Shown: positions 37,973 through 47,144 of the stretch, piece after piece
Numbering within the stretch: position 1 is the stretch's first letter
How the letters are laid out: each line of letters begins with the position of its first letter
DNA from: a virus
Taxonomy: Duplodnaviria > Heunggongvirae > Uroviricota > Caudoviricetes
DNA: 64,000 nucleotides
Direction: 5' to 3' (one strand)
IMG/VR virus record: IMGVR_UViG_3300041411_000102
Location: 1-64,000 of that record
The notes under the pieces: generated by a model
Databases searched by the model: none
The model's input: the letters and a program-made list of their open reading frames with translations, nothing else
What the model was told of the DNA's origin: nothing
Translations under genes and position numbers: made by a program

Positions 37973-38214
37973 AATATATCATCCTCTATGAATATTACAG
38001 TTGGACAGAGGGTTGTGGGGTTGTGGGGTGTTGCTCAAATTCAAGTTCTGAAGTGCATATCTGGAAAGAAGAAAGATTTAACACAGATGGTGCCTATGAA
38101 TCTAATTTCTCTTGTCCTCTGATAGAGAACGAACAAGAGTTGAGAGAGTATATTCGTTCCGTAGATTCTTATTATGATGGATTTGAGGTTCATCCAGACA
38201 CAGTTTATTTTTAG
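37969..38214 (+). CDS. Hypothetical protein
   Basis: Tracked ORF. Confidence 0.45.
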   Translation: MKYIILYEYYSWTEGCGVVGCCSNSSSEVHIWKEERFNTDGAYESNFSCPLIENEQELREYIRSVDSYYDGFEVHPDTVYF

Positions 38215-38225
38215 GAGAATACTAA

Positions 38226-38507
38226 ATGAACAATCACACAAAAGAATTTCTAACAAAACTCTCAAGCCTCCTTGAAGAATATAAAGCCAATCTAGAAATT
38301 GAGGGAGACAGCTACAGCGGTGGTCCTATGCAAGTCACGTTGGAAGTATTGAATCCTCAGACGTTTGATGAGCACTATGATGAATGGCTTGCACAACATC
38401 CGGGTGAGAAGTATCCACACGGCAGTACTGTGCTTTATTCCTATGCAGAGTGGATTGATTTAGGGCATCATCTTGATGCAGATAAGATTAAGGAGATCAT
38501 TAAATGA
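38226..38507 (+). CDS. Hypothetical protein
   Basis: Tracked ORF. Confidence 0.5.
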   Translation: MNNHTKEFLTKLSSLLEEYKANLEIEGDSYSGGPMQVTLEVLNPQTFDEHYDEWLAQHPGEKYPHGSTVLYSYAEWIDLGHHLDADKIKEIIK

Positions 38508-38657
38508 AACCAGAATACAAACTGAAGTACGCAATCCTTGAAGGAATGGTTGAAAAATGATCACAAAACTCCTAATTATATTGACAATTATGATAATAAT
38601 GGGCGGAGGATTCGCTTTAGTGTTTATACTTGATAAAATTGCAGAGGAGATTGGTAA

Positions 38658-38927
38658 ATGAGCATATACTTTGAAACATACAGTGAATTTGAAGACTGGT
38701 GCATTGAAAATAACTTTGATGCAGACAATCAAATTGATCGAACCGAAGAATCACACAAACGTGACACTCTTGTTTGTTTTTACATGAAACATAAAGAGAT
38801 GGACATTTATCGTGATGTCAGCTTTACAGCAAGTTATGATTGGGGTTGGTCAAATGTCGATGTTGGTGAAACTGATTTGACACGTAAAGTCACTCAAGTG
38901 ATGACAGAAAAAGTGGAGTATGTTTGA
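38658..38927 (+). CDS. Hypothetical protein
   Basis: Tracked ORF. Confidence 0.5.
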   Translation: MSIYFETYSEFEDWCIENNFDADNQIDRTEESHKRDTLVCFYMKHKEMDIYRDVSFTASYDWGWSNVDVGETDLTRKVTQVMTEKVEYV

Positions 38928-39145
38928 TGGCAACCCTTGACGAATCCCTTCGTGAGAACAAAGAATGGTATAAAGCATTTCACTCAATTCCAGTCACAAA
39001 CAAATGTGATGCAGGTTGTGGGAAAGAGGCTACAACATGGTTTGGTAATACTTCTTGTACAACTTGTGGTGATAGACGTTGTGTGGGAATTATGCAAGCT
39101 GACTACGACAAGCATCGCTATGAATCTGAAGATGAGGGATACTAA
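38924..39145 (+). CDS. Small Cys-rich zinc-ribbon protein
   Basis: 'CDAGCGKEATTWFGNTSCTTCGDRRC'. Confidence 0.5.
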   Translation: MMATLDESLRENKEWYKAFHSIPVTNKCDAGCGKEATTWFGNTSCTTCGDRRCVGIMQADYDKHRYESEDEGY

Positions 39146-39468
39146 TGTCTTTCAAGCCATTTTTACCAGACTACAAACCAAAAATTGACATCCTAGATAG
39201 GCGGCAACAATACGTTGATCAACTAAGTAGGCAAAAAGACAAGCTGATTGATTCAGCTTTCTTGCCATTACTTAAAGGAAGTCTTGTAAATTACAAAGGA
39301 AGATTGCAGTGTATTGTTAATCATGCTAAGGTTGAGACATATTATCTGGACAGTATTCCAGTAATAGAAATTTATCCTTTGCGTTGGGAGGATACGTATA
39401 ATGAACTGGGTGATCCTAAACTTACTTGTTATTGGGATTATAAGATTTTGTATGAGGATGAAGAATGA
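39145..39468 (+). CDS. Hypothetical protein
   Basis: Tracked ORF. Confidence 0.5.
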   Translation: MSFKPFLPDYKPKIDILDRRQQYVDQLSRQKDKLIDSAFLPLLKGSLVNYKGRLQCIVNHAKVETYYLDSIPVIEIYPLRWEDTYNELGDPKLTCYWDYKILYEDEE

Positions 39469-39716
39469 TCACATATAAAAACATCACTCTCGTTAAGTGC
39501 AGCTCAGGTGATTGGGAGGGCTTGTATCTTGACAATGATCTGTATTGTGAAGCTCACAGCATTCCTACACATGATATCTTTGACTTGATCAACAATCACC
39601 ATATTCAAGAGGCTAAATCTTTTGAAGTGAATGAGGATTACACAGAAAAGGTGGTTGAGTATCACGGAGGTTATCCTAAACTTCTTAGTGAGATTTCCGA
39701 AGAGGTTAGAGTGTGA
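39465..39716 (+). CDS. Hypothetical protein
   Basis: ATGA coupling. Confidence 0.5.
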   Translation: MITYKNITLVKCSSGDWEGLYLDNDLYCEAHSIPTHDIFDLINNHHIQEAKSFEVNEDYTEKVVEYHGGYPKLLSEISEEVRV

Positions 39717-39886
39717 CAAACCTAGTAAAATGCCTCGGTACAGATTGTGACAGACGCTTATCCTGCACAAGATTCACACAGGAATCTCTGCCAAAGTACC
39801 AAGCCTTCCTCGTGATGTGTGTAGCTTGCAAAGATCCGAACAACGGATGTAAGTGGTTTGTAGATAATTCTCAAGAGAAAGCTTGA
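39713..39886 (+). CDS. Possible 57 aa Cys-rich protein with a GTG start
   Basis: GAAGAGG RBS 5 nt upstream of the GTG. Translates to 'CLGTDCDRRLSCTRF...CVACKDPNNGCKWF'. Confidence 0.3.
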   Translation: MTNLVKCLGTDCDRRLSCTRFTQESLPKYQAFLVMCVACKDPNNGCKWFVDNSQEKA

Positions 39887-39974
39887 CACGCTGTACCAAA
39901 ACAGAGACAATACGGATATCAAAGAGAGGGCGTTAAAACGCCGTATACATCACAGGAATTTAGGAGAGAATGTT

Positions 39975-40376
39975 ATGAAGATCAGCACACGAACAGAACA
40001 GGTCATTGACGTTGGTGATTGGGATCAACTAGTAATTGACACTTATGGCAAGCCTTACAGCTTCCAACAACAAGATGGTTGTAAAGAGCGTCAACGTGTT
40101 AAGATTACAATTCCGGATGAAGCTTATGATTATGAGAAAGACACAGTTCCTGAAATCGTTAACCACAAAGATATGGGCGTCAGTTTTAAAGCTTGGCTTG
40201 ATCGCAACCCAAAACAACTTTTGAATGTGCTACGCCCTGATTGGGATAATGGGATCGGCAGCCTTACTCTTTGGTGGGAACGTAACTTTTATCCAGATGT
40301 TCAAATGATTGCAAACGACTTACACGAAAAAGGTCTGATTGAAGCTGGTGATTACACCATTAATATTGATTGGTAA
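39975..40376 (+). CDS. Hypothetical protein
   Basis: TAGGAGAG RBS. Confidence 0.55.
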   Translation: MKISTRTEQVIDVGDWDQLVIDTYGKPYSFQQQDGCKERQRVKITIPDEAYDYEKDTVPEIVNHKDMGVSFKAWLDRNPKQLLNVLRPDWDNGIGSLTLWWERNFYPDVQMIANDLHEKGLIEAGDYTINIDW

Positions 40377-40388
40377 GGGAGAAAGATA

Positions 40389-40613
40389 ATGTCAGTAAAA
40401 ACTAAGCGTGTATCAGTAACAAAGCGTCCATCCGCTGAACAGATTCAGAACGCGAATCGTTGGGAACAATTTATTAAAGCTAGTGGCTATTCTTTTAAAG
40501 AACTTACTGAAGAGTGGTTAGACTTCTTTTCAGCACAGGCTGATCCACTGACTGCTAGCACAGAACTTGTTCGTCTCATTGACCTTGCAATCTTAAAGGA
40601 TGAAACTAAATGA
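40389..40613 (+). CDS. Hypothetical protein
   Basis: Tracked ORF. Confidence 0.5.
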   Translation: MSVKTKRVSVTKRPSAEQIQNANRWEQFIKASGYSFKELTEEWLDFFSAQADPLTASTELVRLIDLAILKDETK

Positions 40614-40792
40614 GTAATTCAGCCCAACTAATGACCATGAACGGATTGGGAATTCTCCCATTCAAACGTGATAATCAATGGACTGTGTGTTGCAAGGATG
40701 CAACTGGTCAAGTTAAAACTGGTAACAACATCACTAAGACATTTGGAAATGTGAGTGATGCGATGGAATTTGCAAAGGGGTTGGTGAAATGA
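40610..40792 (+). CDS. Hypothetical protein
   Basis: ATGA coupling. Confidence 0.45.
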   Translation: MSNSAQLMTMNGLGILPFKRDNQWTVCCKDATGQVKTGNNITKTFGNVSDAMEFAKGLVK

Positions 40793-40983
40793 AATACGAA
40801 TTCAATAACGGTAAATATACAGTTCAAGAAGAGAATGGCACAAACTTCAAGGCTCTTCGTTATGGTGAAGAGTGGCGTGATCTGACTGGAGACGGCCTTG
40901 TACTTTCAATGCTTTACGATTATGATGATCTTATGACTAAATACATCGAACTTGAATTTATCCTGAAAGGTCTTGAGAAATGA
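40789..40983 (+). CDS. Hypothetical protein
   Basis: ATGA coupling. Confidence 0.45.
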   Translation: MKYEFNNGKYTVQEENGTNFKALRYGEEWRDLTGDGLVLSMLYDYDDLMTKYIELEFILKGLEK

Positions 40984-41195
40984 AAAAGGAACAAAAGATT
41001 ATCGCCTACACTTGTGACATCTGCACAAAGGATATGGTTCCGTGGGAAGTTACAGAGAGTAGAAATACAGCTTGTCTATCAATTACAACTGAAGTCTGGT
41101 ATGGTGGATTAGATGAGCATAAAGACATCTGCGAACATTGCAGTTCAATCCTTTATAAAACAGTACAGGAATTGAAGAAAGGACAAACCCTATGA
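40980..41195 (+). CDS. Hypothetical Cys-containing protein
   Basis: ATGA coupling. Contains 'CDICTKD...CEHC'. Confidence 0.45.
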   Translation: MKKEQKIIAYTCDICTKDMVPWEVTESRNTACLSITTEVWYGGLDEHKDICEHCSSILYKTVQELKKGQTL

Positions 41196-41419
41196 ACCAC
41201 CTTACCGAACTCCTAGAACGGCTCCAGCAGGCAGAAAATGCCTATACAAAGTCGAAAAGTTCGCTAGATAATAGCCTTGAGTACATATTATGCCGTGAAG
41301 AGCTTAAGCAAGCCAGATTCTCTTACGATAAAGCTTGTGCTAGGTTTGTTAAAGAGCTACTATCGAATGACGAATTCATGGCTGAGGCTAGTCGATTTAT
41401 TAATGTGGAGGAATATTGA
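41192..41419 (+). CDS. Hypothetical protein
   Basis: ATGA coupling. Confidence 0.45.
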   Translation: MNHLTELLERLQQAENAYTKSKSSLDNSLEYILCREELKQARFSYDKACARFVKELLSNDEFMAEASRFINVEEY

Positions 41420-41420
41420 G

Positions 41421-41648
41421 ATGGAAGGATTTGGAGCTTTGCTGTTCCTTGGAGTAATACTTGCTGTCGGTGGTGCTATAGGTAATTTCACAAGCGAACA
41501 TGAAGTTAATATTAAATCTATAACAACTGGACAAGAACTGTGCAAGCAACACGAAGGTCTTTATATGATTAACTCTAAAAGAATAGGATCAAGTGTCCAC
41601 TGTAAAGACGGTAGTGAATTTAGTCTTGAGAGTGAAAATGAACGATAA
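41421..41648 (+). CDS. Small signal-anchored protein
   Basis: GGAGG RBS. N-terminal 'MEGFGALLFLGVILAVGGAIG'. The tracked frame 41277..41648 starts too early. Confidence 0.45.
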   Translation: MEGFGALLFLGVILAVGGAIGNFTSEHEVNIKSITTGQELCKQHEGLYMINSKRIGSSVHCKDGSEFSLESENER

Positions 41649-41835
41649 ATTTATGTCCCGCAAGTTTTGGTTGTGTTGTTCTGTACAAATCATTCTGTTC
41701 GTATTCCTTTGGTTTGGGAAAGTGCCTGTAGATATGGTGCAGAACTTGACAGGAATTATCATTTCCGGTTATTTGATTGGCAATATAACCCAGAAAACAC
41801 TACTAAAGGTAAAAGAAGATGAACCATCTCTTTAG
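41638..41835 (+). CDS. Small membrane protein with two TM helices
   Basis: ATG at 41638 (MNDKFMSRKFWLCCSVQIILFVFLWFG). Confidence 0.45.
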   Translation: MNDKFMSRKFWLCCSVQIILFVFLWFGKVPVDMVQNLTGIIISGYLIGNITQKTLLKVKEDEPSL

Positions 41836-41928
41836 CATCGGAGAGAAAGTAGTCCTCCAAAGTAAACTCTTATCAGAACACAACTCTCTGATATCATCGA
41901 AGCCATCATTGAAGCTAATGAAGATTTT

Positions 41929-42132
41929 GTGTGCAGACTTACAGGACAAATCATCTACACAAACGAAGGACACGCCTACATTCTAGACACTCCTCTTGTG
42001 GATTTTATAGAATGTGATGGTGTGGAAGCTTTGTGGTTGGAGGAGTCTTTGAAGAAATATCAAGAGCCCGGTGAAATGGATTACAAAGAATTGATGCAGA
42101 CATTGAAGAATAGTGTTTTGGAGTGGAATTAA
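41929..42132 (+). CDS. Hypothetical protein with a GTG start
   Basis: Tracked ORF. The first codon is GTG. Confidence 0.35.
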   Translation: MCRLTGQIIYTNEGHAYILDTPLVDFIECDGVEALWLEESLKKYQEPGEMDYKELMQTLKNSVLEWN

Positions 42133-42136
42133 ACAA

Positions 42137-42382
42137 ATGAACAAACAATTTGAGCGCCACTTAGAACATTTCTTAGTCAATATCCTTGGAGGTGACAAAA
42201 TGAATAACCTACAACTTGCTCTGCTGCATACTGCCGGAAGTATTTATGAAATTGCTTCTGGGCAAAGCTTTACACAACGTGTATTGATTCCGAAAGCCAT
42301 TAAATTATACAAAGAGAAAAGCTATTTGTATAAGGGGATCAATAGATATGTTCAATGGAGGGAGCACGCATTCCTTGGCTAG
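42137..42382 (+). CDS. Hypothetical protein
   Basis: ATG at 42137 (MNKQFERH). Confidence 0.45.
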   Translation: MNKQFERHLEHFLVNILGGDKMNNLQLALLHTAGSIYEIASGQSFTQRVLIPKAIKLYKEKSYLYKGINRYVQWREHAFLG

Positions 42383-42501
42383 AATTTATTTTCATAAGGC
42401 TATTGCTTTCACATTGGATCACATGTCACATTAGCCTTACAAGAATGAGTCAACAGCGTTACACAACAACGTAATACCACAACACACATAGGGGATTTAG
42501 A

Positions 42502-42747
42502 ATGAAATTTCTTACCATTAAAGATTGCCTCGACAGCTTCATGGATGGCTACTCCTTTTCCGAAGCTGTGCTTGATGCAACAAACGCTTACAGGGAAGGT
42601 AAAGAAGAGCTTGAAGCTTTCTTGGACGAACACCTTTGGTCGGCTGATGATACAGCATTCGGGAGTGACGAGGACAAGCGATATTACGTAACCCTCGGAA
42701 AAATAGAGGAGATTTTAGTCGAGAACAACCTGATCTACAATGACTGA
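42502..42747 (+). CDS. Hypothetical acidic protein
   Basis: AGGGGA RBS. Confidence 0.5.
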   Translation: MKFLTIKDCLDSFMDGYSFSEAVLDATNAYREGKEELEAFLDEHLWSADDTAFGSDEDKRYYVTLGKIEEILVENNLIYND

Positions 42748-42794
42748 AAAATAATTTCAAAATTTGCTTGCATTCGTGTAAGACATTCGCTATC

Positions 42795-42823
42795 CTTTGA
42801 ATCATACAAGGAGATTCAAGAGA
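42795..42823 (+). promoter_or_regulatory. Promoter of the TTGCAT-N17-TATCCT type
   Basis: The same unusual -10 hexamer as at 32435 and as the minus-strand promoter near 54726. Intergenic position. Confidence 0.4.
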
Positions 42824-42865
42824 CGGCTGTTAAGAAGTAGCCATCTGACGACCACGGAGACAAAG

Positions 42866-42887
42866 CACAAGGAAATGGTTCCTTGTG
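42866..42887 (+). promoter_or_regulatory. 7 bp stem-loop in the 5' leader of the 42918 gene
   Basis: CACAAGG-aaatggtt-CCTTGTG with no following T-tract. Confidence 0.3.
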
Positions 42888-42917
42888 TTAAGTATCTTAA
42901 ATCTTAAGGTGAATGAA

Positions 42918-43130
42918 ATGACAACCATTAATCAAGCCCGCGGTTCATTTAGTCCTATCAATGGTAGTAAAGTTCGTAGGGTTTTCAACGATGATACGGG
43001 CATGTTCTTAGGGACAATCACTAAGCTCGATAGGAATCAAGGCTACAGAGTTTTCCGCCTCAAGGACGGCAAGATTCGCACCAAGAAGCTGCTCAGCGAT
43101 GCGTTTAAAACAATTCGCAGGGAGAATTAA
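42918..43130 (+). CDS. Hypothetical basic protein
   Basis: AAGGTGAATGAA RBS. ATG at 42918 (MTTINQ). Confidence 0.5.
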   Translation: MTTINQARGSFSPINGSKVRRVFNDDTGMFLGTITKLDRNQGYRVFRLKDGKIRTKKLLSDAFKTIRREN

Positions 43131-43133
43131 GTC

Positions 43134-43499
43134 ATGATTATCAAATACTTGATTACTCGTGATGGTCGTGAGTATGTGATGGACTCTGTGCCAGATTGGG
43201 CTGTTGACAATGACGACTATGAGGTCACAGAGTTGGTGGCTAAGGAATCTGTTGATGGTGTACCTATAAACATTCCTAACACAGATGACACACAAGAACG
43301 TATTGAGTTAATGAATGAGCTGTTTCAATTGCAGGACCTTGAAATCTCGCGGTTAAAGGCTCAGCTAGAGAAATTTGTTGAAGTGGTTGAGGGTATCGTA
43401 GAGCTTACCGAAGTGATTAGCCAGAGCAACATTGAGAATCGTTCTAAGCTGCTCGTTATCTCTGAGAGCTGCAAGAAGATTTTAAAGCCTAGCGAATAA
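43134..43499 (+). CDS. Hypothetical protein
   Basis: Tracked ORF. Confidence 0.5.
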   Translation: MIIKYLITRDGREYVMDSVPDWAVDNDDYEVTELVAKESVDGVPINIPNTDDTQERIELMNELFQLQDLEISRLKAQLEKFVEVVEGIVELTEVISQSNIENRSKLLVISESCKKILKPSE

Positions 43500-43517
43500 G
43501 TGGAAAGATTTACACCA

Positions 43518-43543
43518 AGCCCCTTGACTGGGGCTTTTTCTTG
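43518..43543 (+). terminator. Rho-independent terminator
   Basis: AGCCCC-ttgact-GGGGCT followed by TTTTTCTTG. Confidence 0.75.
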
Positions 43544-43587
43544 TCCTAAGATTGGTACATACAAACCAAACACAAAAGGGTTCCAAA

Positions 43588-43767
43588 ATGAAAAACTCTA
43601 AACGCTTCAAGCAGTCCTACCGTGACACTATCAATTCAATGGTGTGTGACAACGTATACCCAAACAGCTCACACCGTACAAAGATTGCCCTGTCCTATGC
43701 GTTTGGTGTAGGTGAGATGTACGAGTGGGCTAATGATTTGCTCTCTGCTAAATTAATTTATAAATAG
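43588..43767 (+). CDS. Hypothetical protein
   Basis: ATG at 43588 after an AAAAGGG RBS. Confidence 0.45.
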   Translation: MKNSKRFKQSYRDTINSMVCDNVYPNSSHRTKIALSYAFGVGEMYEWANDLLSAKLIYK

Positions 43768-43769
43768 GT

Positions 43770-43798
43770 GTTGACAGAGCTTTCTAGCTACCCTAAAC
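43770..43798 (+). promoter_or_regulatory. Promoter of the TTGACA-N17-TAAACT type
   Basis: Intergenic. The same -10 hexamer recurs at 47500. Confidence 0.4.
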
Positions 43799-43847
43799 TC
43801 TAAGACATAGGAAGCAGAAAGCTTCTAAACGAACAGGAGCAACAGCC

Positions 43848-44018
43848 ATGAACATGTCCCAACTCAAAGCCCGTGTAGAAGCAGCCCTCAAAGCCGGCAT
43901 CCTCTCTAACGAACAAGCTGTAGCCGCTTATGCAGCTTTGTCTTCCAAGACTCACTACGGTGCTTCGGCAAGCAATGCCACTCGTGATCGCATGTTGACT
44001 AATCGCTTCGGTGTCTAG
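43848..44018 (+). CDS. 56 aa Ala-rich small protein, missed by the ORF cutoff
   Basis: Translated by hand as MNMSQLKARVEAALKAGILSNEQAVAAYAALSS.... Confidence 0.4.
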   Translation: MNMSQLKARVEAALKAGILSNEQAVAAYAALSSKTHYGASASNATRDRMLTNRFGV

Positions 44019-44227
44019 TGAAAAAGCTTATAGGTCAGCTTTCAGTCGGTGACAAAGTATTCACTCATGTAGGTGGCAGCAAGTTCAAATCAGCTTGTGA
44101 GGTTAGAGAGATAACTTTTAACAACGTAGGGCAGGACAATGAAACAGCCACTATACTTTTTGATGATGGTGTGGGCCAGTGGCTACAGAATTGGTATACA
44201 ACTGAATTGATTGAGGTGATAGGATGA
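44018..44227 (+). CDS. Hypothetical protein with a GTG start
   Basis: Tracked ORF. TAGTG overlap with the preceding gene. Confidence 0.45.
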   Translation: MKKLIGQLSVGDKVFTHVGGSKFKSACEVREITFNNVGQDNETATILFDDGVGQWLQNWYTTELIEVIG

Positions 44228-44430
44228 GTAGTCAAGTGATGTGTTTCTGTAAGGCTTGCAAGGCTAACCGTGTAGGTATTAAGTCTGGGTTATCCGGTGG
44301 CGGTCATTTTGTTGGGTTGGTGTTGACGTTGCTTACGGGCCTGTTATTCGCGCCTGTATACGTGCTGATGATGCTTTGTAGTGGCAGTGTGAGGTGTACG
44401 ACTTGTGGGTCAGTTGCAAGAAAGCTTTAG
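44224..44430 (+). CDS. Cys-rich membrane protein (zinc ribbon plus TM)
   Basis: 'CFCKACKAN...' followed by TM 'FVGLVLTLLTGLLFAPVYVLMML', then 'CTTCG'. Confidence 0.5.
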   Translation: MSSQVMCFCKACKANRVGIKSGLSGGGHFVGLVLTLLTGLLFAPVYVLMMLCSGSVRCTTCGSVARKL

Positions 44431-44451
44431 GGTAAAACCGTTGTAAACATC

Positions 44452-44477
44452 GCCCGTTAACTCGGGCATTTTCTATT
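44452..44477 (+). terminator. Rho-independent terminator
   Basis: GCCCG-ttaact-CGGGC followed by ATTTTCTATTG. Confidence 0.55.
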
Positions 44478-44490
44478 GTGAGGAAAGAGT

Positions 44491-45333
44491 GTGAAGAAGA
44501 AACGCATCAAATACTGTAACTCAACAGATATCGGAGCCATTGGCAAGACAGATCAAGGTAGTTTTGAGGTTGTCAGTCAGGACAAACCTCGTTGGTACAC
44601 TGTTAAATTTCTGGTGACCGGCTACACTAAAAGTGTTCGAAAAGATTACCTTGTTGAAGGTTCAATGACTGACCCCTACTTCCCGAGCAAATATGGTGTT
44701 GGATATCTTGGGGAAGGTCCATATAAGACAACATCGGACATTGTGAGGGCTTGTGGCACAAAATACAAAGCTACACCAGAGTACAGTCGCTGGAATTCAA
44801 TGATGGGGAGGTGCTATCAGTTAGCCAACACCGAGTATCTTAGATATGGTGCATTAGGGACTTATGTTTGTGAAGCGTGGCACAACTTCCAAGTGTTTGC
44901 TAAGTTCTTTGATGACAATTGGACAGAAGGATTAGACCTAGATAAAGACATTCTAGTTTATGGTAATAAATGCTATAGTCCAGAAACATGTGTGTTTGTG
45001 CCTAAATATATTAACAATTTATTAGTGCATACTAAGAATGTTTTGAATGGTTATCCTGTTGGTGTCTATTACCAGAAACAGGGACCAAACATGGTTAACC
45101 CGTTGAGGAAGCCTTTTACATCCGAGATTGACAAGAAGAACCTAGGATTTTACGTTACTCCACAGGAAGCCCATAAAGCTTGGCAAGAAGCAAAGGCAGA
45201 CAAAATCTTCTCATCTGTCAATAGGTATTCTGAAGAAAAATTCTTTGACTCGAGGGTTGCGGATGCGCTACTATCTAAAGCATGGAAGCTGAAGACAGAT
45301 GCTCAGCTTGGGATTGAAACAGTAAGATTGTAA
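44491..45333 (+). CDS. Homing-endonuclease-like protein, paralogue 4, GTG start
   Basis: 'GLDLDKDILVYGNKCYSPETCVFVPKYINNLLV'. GAGGAAAGAG RBS. Confidence 0.55.
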   Translation: MKKKRIKYCNSTDIGAIGKTDQGSFEVVSQDKPRWYTVKFLVTGYTKSVRKDYLVEGSMTDPYFPSKYGVGYLGEGPYKTTSDIVRACGTKYKATPEYSRWNSMMGRCYQLANTEYLRYGALGTYVCEAWHNFQVFAKFFDDNWTEGLDLDKDILVYGNKCYSPETCVFVPKYINNLLVHTKNVLNGYPVGVYYQKQGPNMVNPLRKPFTSEIDKKNLGFYVTPQEAHKAWQEAKADKIFSSVNRYSEEKFFDSRVADALLSKAWKLKTDAQLGIETVRL

Positions 45334-45343
45334 GGTGAATGAG

Positions 45344-45934
45344 ATGAGACAGTACCTAGTGGGAAGTTGGAACAATGCGGATGAGTACCAGTACAGCGGC
45401 GAAATGCTTATGGGTCATCGTAATGGCGCTTCCCGTGAGGTTCCTCATTTTACAGCCTCGGGAAATGCCAACGTCGCAAAATACGGCGACAACGACTTAA
45501 CACCTAAGGCTTCCAAAGTAAGCATCAAAGATAAGATCTTACCTCAGTTCAAACGCTTGCAGACTCTTCAGTCGCAAATGGTGGAGCTTGAGACTGAATA
45601 CAAAACAACAGACATGTCAATTTCCGAGTATTCAGTATTGCGTGACGTACTGGTTGCCAAGCTTCAGAGACAAGAAGTCTTATATAAGCGTGCAATATCG
45701 GTCAAACCTACACGCTTTGATGATGAAATGCCGGAAGAATACCTAGAAGATGAGGCAGTTTATGTGGTTAATTCAAGAGCTACCTCTACTGTCCACACCA
45801 GCACATGGGTTGATGACCTACCAGCCTCAAATAGCTTGAAATTACCACTGCAAAAGACTTTACAGGTGATCAGAACGTTGGTAAAGTGGCACAACAAAGC
45901 GAAGGCTTACATTAAAACCTTAAAGGAAGTCTAG
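45344..45934 (+). CDS. Hypothetical protein
   Basis: AAGGTGA RBS. The GTG at 45335 is an alternative start. Confidence 0.5.
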   Translation: MRQYLVGSWNNADEYQYSGEMLMGHRNGASREVPHFTASGNANVAKYGDNDLTPKASKVSIKDKILPQFKRLQTLQSQMVELETEYKTTDMSISEYSVLRDVLVAKLQRQEVLYKRAISVKPTRFDDEMPEEYLEDEAVYVVNSRATSTVHTSTWVDDLPASNSLKLPLQKTLQVIRTLVKWHNKAKAYIKTLKEV

Positions 45935-45935
45935 T

Positions 45936-46070
45936 ATGGGCACTCAACACGTCACATTAAGCTCCGCTCTACTCACCGTAGAAGACCTAGTAGCACAAGG
46001 TCACACATCGTTCAAGGTGTTTAAAGAATTTGGTTTGTGGAATGTGATTGTTAATGGAGAAGGGAAATGA
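45936..46070 (+). CDS. 44 aa small protein
   Basis: AAGGAAG RBS. ATGA-coupled to 46067. Confidence 0.4.
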   Translation: MGTQHVTLSSALLTVEDLVAQGHTSFKVFKEFGLWNVIVNGEGK

Positions 46071-46390
46071 GCTTAGATGTATATCTCAGTACCAAAGAAG
46101 ATGGTGTTGTTTTTGATTACAATGTCACTCACAACTTAAATAAGATGGCTGACGCTGCTGGTCTTTACAAAGTGTTGTGGCACCCTGATGCAAACGATTT
46201 TGAAACAGCAGAACAAATGATTCCATTCCTGAAAGAAGGTCTGCTAGAGTTGGTGTGTAATGAAGACCACTATAAGACATTCAACCCTGAAAATGGTTGG
46301 GGCAGTTATGAAGGTCTTGTCAAGTTCGTCAGCAAGTATCTTAATGCCTGTACAATGTATCCTCAAGCAACTGTTGAAGTGAGCCGCTAA
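46067..46390 (+). CDS. Hypothetical protein
   Basis: Tracked ORF. Confidence 0.5.
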   Translation: MSLDVYLSTKEDGVVFDYNVTHNLNKMADAAGLYKVLWHPDANDFETAEQMIPFLKEGLLELVCNEDHYKTFNPENGWGSYEGLVKFVSKYLNACTMYPQATVEVSR

Positions 46391-46391
46391 T

Positions 46392-46535
46392 ATGAATCAC
46401 AACACAGCAGATACATTCCAAAAGCTAACAAAACGTTCTTCAGCTAAACAGTATGAAGAAGATGGCTATAAGAGTAAGCACAAAAATTCTTATAGTGAAC
46501 AACGTAAGGCTAAGCGGAATTGGAGAGAGGAGTGA
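46392..46535 (+). CDS. 47 aa basic small protein
   Basis: Translated by hand. TGATG overlap with the next gene. Confidence 0.4.
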   Translation: MNHNTADTFQKLTKRSSAKQYEEDGYKSKHKNSYSEQRKAKRNWREE

Positions 46536-46750
46536 TGGAATACACAATTTATTTTATCAGTAACCATCAAGGTAAGAAAATGTATCTGGTGAATCTCCCA
46601 GACGAAGATAATTGGTTAAGTGGTGTTGGGTTTCAAAGTGATAAGACAGCGGCTGGCACATGTCCTACACTTGAAGACGCACACAAAGTCATTGCTTGGT
46701 TGAACGAAGATCCTAGTGATCGTACAGAATACCTTGTAGAGGCTGCCTGA
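46535..46750 (+). CDS. Hypothetical protein
   Basis: GGAGAGAGGAG RBS. ATG at 46535 (MEYTIYF). Confidence 0.5.
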   Translation: MEYTIYFISNHQGKKMYLVNLPDEDNWLSGVGFQSDKTAAGTCPTLEDAHKVIAWLNEDPSDRTEYLVEAA

Positions 46751-47058
46751 TGACTATCCAATTTAAAGAGGGCACCAAATACAAGCTCCAAGCCGACTAC
46801 TATGAATCAATTCTTCTTGAATGCACATATGTTGAGGATAATACAGTCTGGTTCTCTGTTGTGAAGTCCTACGCAGTCGCTAGACAACCTTACGATGATG
46901 CTTATAAGCTTGACAGGAAAACGAATAAACTATACAAGCTCAATAACGCTTGTGCTTCTTGGGACTCTATCGAAAACACACTCTCCGAGTACACTGCTGA
47001 AGACGCTTGGAGCAAAAGAACAGGGAATGATTATTATAGTGGTATCGGACAGGACTGA
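46750..47058 (+). CDS. Hypothetical protein
   Basis: ATGA coupling. Confidence 0.5.
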   Translation: MTIQFKEGTKYKLQADYYESILLECTYVEDNTVWFSVVKSYAVARQPYDDAYKLDRKTNKLYKLNNACASWDSIENTLSEYTAEDAWSKRTGNDYYSGIGQD

Positions 47059-47063
47059 AGGAG

Positions 47064-47092
47064 TTGACGAACGGGTATTGCTAAATTAATGT
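47064..47092 (+). promoter_or_regulatory. Promoter-like sequence TTGACG-N17-TAATGT
   Basis: Intergenic, about 50 nt upstream of 47145. Confidence 0.4.
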
Positions 47093-47144
47093 CCTTGGTT
47101 TATAGTTTAATTACTGAAACAAAAACCACATAGAGATTGAAGCC

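Noticed and set aside
41277-41648. 123 aa tracked ORF
   Set aside because: Its 5' part overlaps the confidently coupled gene 41192..41419 in another frame. The real gene starts at the internal ATG at 41421, after a GGAGG RBS.
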